The position numbers and the translations under genes are program-made. A stretch of DNA of 64,000 bases, from assembly GCA_051362555.1 (NCBI GenBank), contig CM120648.1, forward strand, positions 7,064,587 through 7,128,586, written 5' to 3'. Origin of the DNA: Lingula anatina. Taxonomy: Eukaryota; Animalia; Brachiopoda. The notes under the pieces are model-generated. The model was given only the letters and a program-made list of their open reading frames with translations. It had not been told where the DNA came from and made no database searches. This document shows, in pieces, positions 11,911 to 23,400 of this stretch (the stretch's first letter is position 1; every line of letters begins with the position of its first letter).

Positions 11911-14107
11911 TTACACAGGGAGTGTCTTTTGCACGGTCTTTGAGCAAGCTGAATAAAATATTTTGGTGAAAAACTTGAGCCCTGTCTGTCCTCCTGGGAT
12001 ATAGCTTACTATGTACCTGGAAAGAGCATAAAACAAATTTTCAATATTCTCTCCTGAGCTGAATAATTGGGGTCGCTGAGACCCTAAAATTACCAATAAT
12101 AAAAGAATAAAAATGGAATCATAAGATAATTGAGTTATTGCATTGCGCATTGAACAAAAATGATAATAATTAATTGGATACAATTGAAAAACATGTTCTA
12201 AAGTAACTCTGGAACCTGCAGTTATAGAATCATTTCACAGAAATCGTGCTCATGCATCGATGACAGAATGTGCATCAGAGGGAAATTATATTTCACCTTG
12301 TAAAATCTTGATGATTGGACATTTGGAGTGATGGTGTATTGGAAAACTACTAGAATGGAGCCACCTTTGTAAATTTTGCAGCACTGACATGCAAAGAGAA
12401 AAAGGGGTGGGGGCTAATACGCAAAATTTTAAGTTACCATACTAAAGCTCCTATCTGGAATATAGCTGCACAAATTGTAAACAATGTACTCCTCATCTGG
12501 AACAAATATTAAAGCATTCCTAATTATTTTGCTTTACATTTCAATAAAGTTTTCTATGAGACTTGTATTCACAATGGTAAACAAACTTCAAAGTAAATGT
12601 TTTTATTTTATTATTAATTCTATGAAATGGAGCTTTCTACTTTAACACATTTGCTGAAAATTATCACATTTTAAAAACAGATCTTTTATGAAATGAGGAC
12701 TTGGTCACTACACGTACCACTAATGCACAATATAATGTTGCAAACAGAGAACCGAAGTACGCTGTACTAAATAATATCCGCTGGCCAGAGAATAAATGCT
12801 TCACATGATTTGTTGGCCCCCATAGGAATGAAAAACTGAAAAAAATTGAAATGTGTTTCTTAAATTTTGTTTGACATTTTATTCAATGGCATTTTGATTT
12901 TGGTACTGCATTTATGAAATATGAATAATTAAATTTAATTAAGTTTATTTCTTACAAACTCAATTACACAAGGCCTGATCATGAAAACCAGAGAGATAGG
13001 AATGACTTTTCAATATTACAATGTGCTTTGACTTACATTTATTTCGAACTACCATATCCTCTTAGCTGATCACATAGGTAGGCAGACTTTTGACATGTTA
13101 CCAGTAAATGGTTTTTATCAATGCAACAAATAATGTTCTATATTCTGAAAACCAATAAAAAGCAGTGTACTTCTCACCTACCTGAATACAAAGAACAAAC
13201 TTCCCAAGGAGTACATGAGAGCAAATTTCCTTGCTTTGAGAATAAGGAAAGGGAGATACAAACTTGCCTGCAAAGATAAAGAACAATTTTACATTCACTT
13301 GTTAAAAAGAAATAATTTGGTGTAAATGGTCAAGAAAAACACTCTCCAAACTTCAATGGATTTTTGATAATAATTTTTAAAAATATTCGCTTTAGGATAT
13401 CATAAGCAACAGCAACTGTACATATAGTACCCCAAACAAAGGATAATGATGATAATATTCTTTTAGCACTTACCATAGTAAAACAAAACAGACCCATTAA
13501 AACACAGCCCACAAAGCCAAATATTCTCTGCTTCTTGCTCTGAAACAAAATAAGTTTTAAATATATCCGAGTTGGACTTTCTGTTAAAAAAAAGTACACT
13601 GTATGTATACATATGGGAGGCAGAGGGTTTCCTACAGTAACTTGACTTTTGAGGTATTATTCTGCTACATTTTGCACTGTCATCTGCTACATCAGCTGGT
13701 ACAAGCCAAAGATGAAAACCAGAATTTCTGTCCAGCAGTAGGATTTTCACAGACTCTACTATTTCTTTAGTCTGTCGATAATGGGGTCTGTTCTAAGTAG
13801 CATATTAAAGTCAGGTGAGGTTTGAGTGAGAAATGCAATTACAAATTTACTAAAAAGGCTTAGGCGTTAAGCGCAGTGCATTTTTTAAAATACATCTTAC
13901 TAAACTAGGCAGCAGTGGATCTTTTTGCGCCTCTCCAAACCAGCCATTAGCCGACTCGTCAATCGTTATATCTCCATCTGTAGAGGGATCTGAGCTTCCT
14001 TTGAACCATGACATATAGCCTCCCCCTCCTTCGCCATTAGATCTGCTGACGGAATCAGAAGACTGAGATTTGAGATAATCTTGCAGCTGTTGATTCAAAC
14101 TTGCCAT
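11911..14107 (-). CDS. SFT2D3: Vesicle transport protein SFT2C (Got1/Sft2 family), six coding exons
   Basis: Exons give MASLNQQLQDYL...DPLLPSL | SKKQRIFGFVGCVLMGLFCF | KARKFALMYSLGSLF | FSFLWGP...HLFS | STLFTICAAIFQIGALVW | YIVSYIPGGQTGLKFF...TLPV*. The N-terminus resembles SFT2D3 MADLHRQLQEYL. Confidence 0.9.
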
Positions 14108-14435
14108 CTTGGAAGTGATGTTTATGTGGCTATGTCTCCATGTAGCGTACACGCGGTAAAGGTCAAGGTCGCGTAAGCGAAATAAATTAAACATCTTCAT
14201 TGGGACGGTTATTGTTATGCCTGTAACACTTTCAAATACTATCGTAAAATAATAAAGTGAAAATGTAGTATTTATTCTATATAATAAGGTATTTAATTGC
14301 CTTCTACAGTCAAAACACAGATAGAAATCTCGTATCGCATTTCCGGGTTGTGACATGGAGAGAAAACCAAAACAAATATGGAGGTTTTAGGTCGTGAAAA
14401 TCAGCTGAGTGAGTGATCAAACCAATTAACAAACT
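14108..14435. promoter_or_regulatory. Bidirectional promoter between SFT2D3 and PLEKHM2
   Basis: Divergent ATGs 328 bp apart; ETS-like TTTCCGG near 14340; YY1-like AAGATGGC overlapping the SFT2D3 start codon. Confidence 0.65.
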
Positions 14436-17400
14436 ATGGCTGCCCCCATGGGGGACTCTAGGAAATGGAGAAGAAACTATTTGGTGGGGCCGAGGTCACA
14501 AGAACGCTTAATGCTCAAGGATCGCATTTTAGATGGTATTTCAAAGTCGATAAAAAAGGTGAGACATCGTCATGTGATCCATTCAAAATCTGCTCAGGCA
14601 CATATATATTGCCTCCGTTCAGATCTTCGCTCTTCTACTGAAAGCAGAAAGTAGCACAGTTAGGCCCTGAACTGGGGAATTTCAGATGGTTAATTTGGTT
14701 GCTGTATCGCTGTAAACATTGAATGAACGCTGTGCCACAATCTTATTATGTACTAGTACAGTATGTTCTTTTCTGTCCTTACTGGGGGTACTGACATGAA
14801 GCAGCCATTGTAATACTACTGCTGTAATGTTCAGTAATAATTGCTATGTTTTGCCTGGACCATTTACTCTAAGAGTACTTGATGAGAGATGGAATTTGAT
14901 TTTTCCTAGGGTGCAAGGATGGGGGGTTTTTAGGGTACCAATTTGTTTGAATGACTTACTATCAGGCATTTTTATTTATTGTTTATTTTACAAACAATTA
15001 TTTAAAATGATCAATGAGATAGGAAAAAAATCTGGTTATTTAATCATTGAAACTGTAGCATTAGCATTTGACAGTCACATTTATTTTTGGTTAAAGAAAG
15101 GGGATCAAAATGCATGGCTTTATACATAGTTGACTATTTTCACTAATATGAGTGATGTCTTATTCAGAATTGTTCAGTCCCTGCTAAATAAGCACACAGG
15201 AGAACTAAACCTGTTTTTGCAGGCATTACTTCAATAGACAGAAAGTGGTGGTGGAAATACTGGAATTTAATGCTCTTCTAACCTCACCATTATATTTAAG
15301 GCTATAATCACTTGAAAGTGAAACACACTAGTTTAAGGGAGGGCAGATACAGGTGAAATTATAGCAATTAGAAATAATTTCATTGTCCAGGGAGCTTGAA
15401 TTTACTTAAGACTAATTTAGTCCAATTAAATGCATCCTGTGGTGAAAATGAGTCAAGTATTTTGGCCGCGAAGACAGGTTGCAGCAGGTTGCTACTGATT
15501 TATATGTACAAGTATAAATTCAGTGAAGGAGAATATATTTAAACCCCATTTTGCATGAACACTGTACCATCAGATAAGCCATGTGTGTCCAGACTAATTA
15601 TAGCTTTGGTTCTGTATTTGAATGAAATTAAGCATTGATTGTGACTCAGAGGGATGCTTAAGGTCAAAGCAGGGGCGGATCCAGAGATATTATCTGACGA
15701 GGTTCCAAATTATCTTTGTTGACCCTTCCTCCTTTTCTGACTGACTTACAAAAGAAAAAAATTAGATGTTAACTTAAAAATTCTGACAATCTTCTGGAAG
15801 ACTCAGAAGATGCTTTCTGTCCGCCCCTGCAAAGGTCATTCATATTTAAACATAATGTACAGTTACTAAGTAAAGACTCAAATCATGTAGATTAGATATA
15901 TATATTTATTTGAGCTTGTACGATGATTATTTTTATTATCTTGTTTAAAATTTAAGATAACAGTAGATAGCCTCTGTGTCTATCTCATTTCACCATGGAT
16001 TCATCAGCAAGTACTGAACTCTTTATAAATAAACTCACTTTGGAGTTACTTGATATTTAAGTCTGTGAGCAAAATCTGTATGCTTATGTTTGGTGTTAAT
16101 CCTTTAGCAATATCTTTGTTATTAGTATTTGTGAGTGAGTGTGGAAATAATCAATAATTATACTAGCATTCTTGTTAGTCACTGCTGCTTGAAAGATTTT
16201 TTTAATAATAAAGAATACATATATTCCCGTACTGACAGCTTTATTTTGCCATATTTAATTTTTAATTTTCAATTCAATTCAGATACAAGAACTTCATATC
16301 ACGAGAGGTCCCTCGTCTCCACTAGTCCTCACAAATCAAGATTGGGAGCTGAATAAACTGTGTGAACACTTGGACCATGCTTTGCTTCATGGGTAAGCAT
16401 GGGAATATCGTCCAAGGGTATTGTTATGTTTTTGTGAAAATGTTTTTACTAGATGCTCTTTAGAGAAAAGATACTAGTACTTGCACAATCCATAACTATT
16501 TATCACTTTGAGTTTATGTCAGAATATTTTTAATTTTTGAAATTTAGGTTAATAAATTTAAAAAATGAGATGTGTGAAACTTGTCATAATTCTGAAACTA
16601 AAAAAAAAACTTGATATGTTAAAAAAACAAAAGACATAGGCAGGTGAAGTACCAATTCTACAAAGATTGTGATGACCCTATTCTATTATGTGCAGACTTT
16701 GCAGCATGTTGAGAAGGTTAGAACAGTATATAAATAAAAAAAACTGAAAAAATCAGTTTCCCTGAAAAAATCAGTGATTGTAATGTCTCTTTTCTCCTCA
16801 GACTTCGCAGCGTGACCAGGGGATACTGGATGGTGGTGCGGGAATTCACTCACAGAACCTCGGTCAAAGAAATCAAAACCCTTACCAACGTCACCACTGA
16901 GCTGGGAAGAGGTATGATCTGGAATTCTTGATAACAGACGAGGATTGTTAATGTATTTTATTTAGATTTTGAATGAATATTAGTCATTTAGATGATGAAT
17001 AGTTTAATTGAGTCCTTTTGTTACAAGTATGAAATACTAATACATAAAAACAAAGAGAAAAGAAATAAAGAAAAACGTATAGTTTGTAAGAACTTTGCTT
17101 GAACAAGTGATTAAATGTATTTCTTTAAATTCCACTTTATCTGTTATCTTACTGAAATAATTTTAATTTTATGTCTGAATAATATATTATTTGTAAATGA
17201 AGCAGTTTTGTTTGGATTATAAACTTAATTTGTATTTACTCCTTTTACAATCAGGTCGATCCTGGTTGTTTATGGCCATGAATGACGGGTTACTGGAGAG
17301 TTACTTGCATTGCTTTGAGAGTAATGTGAAGATGGTGAAGAAGCACTATGTGAAGGAGGCATTGGTGCTGGACAGTGAGGTATGGGGGGGATAACCTGAT

Positions 17401-20400
17401 AATGCTTGGGCAACCCTACTACTCTGGGTCATATTACTCTTTCTTCTTCATTTCACGATCACTCCTCTTCCTCCTGGTTGACCAACACTTCTTCACCATA
17501 TTCCTTCTCCTCATGGTCACTTTCCTCTCCTTCATTATCTCTGTCCCCTCTTCCTCCTTTTCCTCTTTCTTCTCATCATTACCCTGTCTTCTTATCTTGT
17601 ACTCTCCTGACCTCTTATCCTGCATTATCCTGTCCCCTTATCCCTCATTACCCTGCCCCCTTATCCTGCACTATCCTGCCTCTTATCCCTCATTACCCTG
17701 CCCCCTTATCCTGCACTATCCTGCCCTCTTATCCCTCATTACCCTGTCCCCTTATCCTACACTATCCTGCCCTCTTATCCCTCATTACCCTGCCCCCTTA
17801 TCCTGCACTATCCTGCCCTCTTATCCCTCATTACCCTGTCCCCTTATCCTGCACTATCCTGCCCTCTTATCCCGCATTACCCTGCCCTCTATTCCTGCAC
17901 TATCCTGCCCCCTTATCCTACACTAACCTGCCCTCTATTTCTGAACTACCCTGACTTCTTATCCTGCATCATCTATTTATTCTATTAAGACCAAACAATT
18001 CTATGTTGAGTTTTCTAAACTGTAATTCTGCTAGTACATAGATCTTATTCATATATTTTTCATATTATTATATCTTTCATTTTGTTTCAAATTATTATAA
18101 AAAGTTTTTGTCCTTAGTCTGTGTTCTTAATGTCATGATTCTCTTATCATATAATGTATTACAATCAACCTTTGGATTGGTAGTTGCTTATCATTGTCAG
18201 TTCATTTTTATTATAAAATATTTTGAAGTCGGACAGATAAAATCAGTTATGTAGAATTTAAATTACTTAATGTATCCATATAATGTATGACTGTTTATTT
18301 TCATGACAATAGTCTTCATTGTGCAAATATTAGTTTCATTGAACATATTGTGAATTTGTGTCACATCCTTTAGTAAAATTGTAGTTGTGCTAGTACCTAA
18401 CCAATAGATAAATAAATAAAACATTACATTGAACATAATTTTATATAAGTATTCAAAAATGAAATTGGATTCTATTAAAATTTATAATGTTCAGCTTCTT
18501 ATCCATTATTTCTTAGTCTGCATCTGATGAAAAAAGGCAAGATAAAATATATATTAAGTTATGTTTAAAATAAATATATTATTTAAATTGTATAATCATG
18601 TATTACACTTAATACATTTAGAAGGAAACTTTCTCACAAATTCATATTATAAATGATAAGCATGCGTCATCTTAACAAGGGTACTTTTAGTGTTTTCTTT
18701 CACCCAGAGCAGAACAGAAATACCTCCAAGCTTTGTTCAATTTCTTTAACCTGAGCTTAGAATGAACAATACCATTGTGTGGCCAAACAATTCTAACTCT
18801 AAGATCAGAGAAAGTGGTACTCCTGTCTATGCAGTTCTTGCAATGCCACTGAGCTAACAGTCAAAACATTGACCTTGTATATAATGTTAATAAAAATATA
18901 AGGGAGGGGGATTTTTGCACAAAAATCCCTCGTAACATCAAATAGATGTCCCATGCATTATGACTGGAGGTGTTTATTTCAAACAAGGGGGGTAAAATAA
19001 ATACCTGTGAGTGTGGCTTTTTTGTGTTAACTGTGAAAACCATAGGATCAATAGTTTCTTTTCTTACTTAAAGCGTCAATATGATTACGTCAAACAACAC
19101 AAACTGAGTGTTCTAATTGACCTAATGGTTGCCATAGTCAGGTAACATCAAGTAATAAACAGAAGAAACATATTTTTTCCTACCTACGAGCAGTTCTGAA
19201 AGGGAAAGGAAGAAAAAAAGACGTATTTTGGTGGAAATTCTTATGAGGCATTAAGTTACTTATTTGAGAAGTCTTTGTGGTACTGTGTACTTTGTGAACT
19301 AAAGCTGCATCACTGAGAAGTAGAGATAAAAGTTAGGAAACCTTAAAACTTTTTGACTGAGAAATTTGACATCAAAAGGAACATACAACCAGGTTTCTAT
19401 TCATCAACACCTAGTACACTTACACAGAGACTGACAGATATGGCAGAAGCATCTCCAGCAGATTCCCCGAATGAACTCTTGCAATGCAATATTTGTTTAG
19501 AAGAGTATAAGGACCCCCGTGTGCTGTCTTGCCACCATACATTTTGTTACAACTGTATATCTGACCACGCAAATAGCACCGCTTCTGAGAATGGGACATT
19601 TAAGTGCCCGATTTGTAGGAAAGAGATACAAATTCCAACAGGTGGGCTTGCAGAATTGACAAAAGATTTCCGTATTCCAAAAATCAAAGACCATCTGTGT
19701 CTAAAAAAGCAGCAAAAAGTCTCAGTTCAAACTGAAGAAACTGATGCCACGTCAGGACATGTGTCAGCACAGTCACAACCTCCATTGGCTGGACAAGAAG
19801 CAAATCCAACACCAGCACCATATGCTCCCCTTTTCATACAGGAGGTAGAATTTGTGCGTTCATTCAGTGCTATATTGGAAGATGATCACAGAAATGTGAA
19901 CATAACTGGGTTAGCCACAGATAAGCAATATGTCTATATTGTGGATATTGGAAACAACAGAACTAAGGTATTCAAACACACAGGACATTTCAAGTTTGAC
20001 ATTAAACTGACAAAACCATTTGATGTGGCTGTGTCACAGTCTGGCACTAGTAGCCTGTATATAACATCACATGGTGACAAATGTGTCAAAGTATATTCCA
20101 CCAGTGGTCATTATGAAACAGATATGGGTCATTTTGAGGGGCCATGTGGCATTACATTGAACAAACAAGGTCATGTGATGGTTTGTGACTGCAAAAAGAA
20201 TTCTATCTGCACATTCTTTGCAGTTGGTGGGAATCTCAGAGACACTATTCCTGCCAGAGGGTCAGAACTTCGCTATATCTCAGTGAACAGGGTGGAGGAT
20301 AACATTGTGATATCAGACAGGGAAGAACACTGTGTACATGTGCTGTCACCTGGTGGTCAGTTGTACCAGTATGGAACATATGGCAGTGGTGATGGTCAGC

Positions 20401-23400
20401 TGTGTGAACCACGTGGAGTGTGCACAGATAGCTATGGTCACATCTTCATTGCTGACAGGAATAACAACAGAATAGTGGCATTGAGTCCACAAGGACAGTT
20501 TATTAGAAATATTGTCACTGAGGAGGATGGGTTGGAGCAGCCCACAGCATTAGACATCAACCCTGCTGGCCAGTTGGTGGTGGCAGAGAAACAGGGCAAC
20601 GTTAAGACCTTTCAGTACTTACAATAAAGACTGCTCACAATTTTCATATTGCAATAGGGATCTTGCAAGTGCAGATCTAAACTGTTGGGCATGAAATTGT
20701 AGAAAAACCGAAGCAGTAGCCAGAGTAGCTACCAAGCCTGCTAAGAAACTAGACTAAAGAAAACACCGCATAATGTCAAAGTGCTAGTACTGTGCTCATT
20801 TTATGATTACAGCATGTTTTAATACTGATCTCATGTAAAGTGAATGTAAAGTGTATTGGCACATATTTGAAATGACTTTGAAACAAATAGTGAAATGTAC
20901 ATATTTCAGTTTCAAAGAAAAAAAAGGAAAAAAATTGAATGATTGGTGTAATTATCTTGCAACTAGTGCAACTACCAGCATAATCATGTAATGTGTGTGT
21001 TTATTTTGAACATTAAATCAAATAATATACACTTTTGACTTGTTTTCTATTTTATAGACAGATACTTTGTGTGTGGAGATTTACCCACTATGATGATCTT
21101 TTTCTGTCATTGCCATTGCTGTATGCATTGCTGTTCCAAGTAGTCTCAGGCCTGCAGTCTTGTGCTAATTACATTTTCTCAATTACCAGTAACATTCATA
21201 TATGTATATTAAAAATTGGAGCAGTATTTTAGTTGATAATATATCAATCCTGTAAGTTTTGGAATAATCAGTATTAAGCTATACCTAATTAACATGATGT
21301 GCCTCTTTCTTATATTCCTGTTATTCTTCTATTTTTCTTCCTTGCCCCTTTCTTCCTTCTCTACTCCTTCATACTTATTATTTTATGAGACCACCTCCTC
21401 CTCCTCTTCCCCTTTCATATCTTTCTCCTCCTGATCCTCCTCCTCCTTACCCTCCTCCTGCTCTTCTTGGACCTTCCTTTCATATGAAAACCTCTCCTGA
21501 GGAGACAGCTTAGTTTTAATGAAACATGTTTTAGTTAAAAGCCCAGTAATCCTGCTTGTTAGTCATTGACTTTACTCATTATTAAACTCTGGCATACAAA
21601 GGATGTGCAAAGCAGGAGAAGCAATATTGAAGTACATTAAAGTTGTCTTTTCTTTGCTTTCAGAGGTTAGACATATTGGTAACACTAGTCTCAGGATTGG
21701 ACTTCATCACATTTGACCTGACCTATGTAAGTTGACCCATTAATTTTCAAGCTTTTTAAAGAAGATTAGAAAAGCTTGTTAACTGTGATTAAAAACATGC
21801 TAGTAATAACTTGTTTGGAATTTATGAAATTAATCATTAAAAATTCATCCATCTTGACTCCAGGATATGACGTATCTGGACTTCAGCTGTCACTGCCCTG
21901 GGGTGGACAGTCCAGACGAGGACAAAGAGGACCGAATTTCCATCTGCAGTATGGAGAGTAATGTGTCACAGGTACTTATAATTGATAAGAATTGAACTGG
22001 TTGAAAACCATGAGAATTCCACCCACATATAATGCTTATTAACAAAATAAATAATATTTTGACAAGTTTATACATTTTTGCACTCTTTGATTCATGTGTC
22101 ATGGGCAAAGAACAAATAAAAAGTTGTTTTTTTTAGATAAGAATTTCAAAATTTTTAGAATGTTTATTATTTTAAAATGTTTTAGAAAACTGGGGCAGAA
22201 ATGCAGAGGGTGAGAAGTGGTGTTTTCGATGAAAATGAAAATGTTTTCAAATTTTTCCAAATTATATTCGTCCTCATTTGTTTAAGATGTTCGACCATAA
22301 CAATGACATGGCAGGACGTGCCAGGACGGAATCCATGCTGCCTTTTCCACGGTCACCAGGTCATGATGACCTCTTGCCAGTCAGACCACGGTCCATCAGC
22401 TCACTGTCCTCACAAATGTCCACGCCTCAGTCCTCAACCGGGGACTTTTCTCGAGGATCTTACATTGAGGATGAGGATTTCGGAGCAGAAGAGGAGGAGG
22501 GCAATATAGAAGTCATCCATGTGAAGAGCAAGAAAAAGAAAAAGAAGAAAAAAGGCAGCAGTCATGGTAGTAGTTCAAGTACACCTGCCACACCTGTGAC
22601 ACCTGTCACACCTGTTGATGCACCTGTGTTTTGTCCCATATCACATTCCAATGACAAGATTCCCAAGCCCTCTCTCCAGGAGGACTCTCCATCCCACCCA
22701 ACACAATCGGGCCCTAAACAGGTGTCTCCTCTAACACAATTAACAGCTGTCACTTCACCAGATGATGATACCAAAGGGGACAATTCTGTGCCACCGAAAT
22801 CCCGCAAAGAAACCACTTCTATAGTCAGAGATTCTTTTATCAACAGTGATGAACCTCCTGATTTAGACCTTATTGAGAGAGCCATTTTAAACGGGCCTGC
22901 TATTCGCACACAGCCCTCAGACACGAGCTTACATGTCTCTGACAATCTTCAGCAATCTACATCGTCAACAAGCTTTAATATTTATGATTTCAAAAATCGT
23001 ACAAGCATATCCAGTCAGGGTAGTAGCGGAGGCAGCAGTGCCTCTGTGTCTGGGTTGTTGGTAGGCGGAAAAGATGAGCACGCTTTATTTCCACGGAGAC
23101 CATCAGATTATAATAAGTCAGACTTTGAAGTCATCACAGAAGAACAAGACCCAGGAGCTGCTGCCGGGGCTGCGGTGGAGCCACCGTCGGAGAAACATAC
23201 AGAGGATGAGCCCAAAAGTGGGAAAAAACATGAAGCAAGTGATTTAGAAAAGGCTGATGATTCCAATCTGTTGTCACCTACAGACATTTTAGATGGTGCT
23301 TTACAGACAGGAGAGAAAGCAAAGACTCGAAGGGAAAACTGGGGAAGGGCAAAAACGCAGAGGGCAAGAAGTGGTGCTTTCAATGAAAATGAAAATTTTG

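Noticed and set aside
17375-17954. 183-aa and 182-aa P/L/S/Y-rich ORFs, or a CRISPR-like array
   Set aside because: Read-through of a 46-bp minisatellite; there are no unique spacers and the context is a eukaryotic intron.
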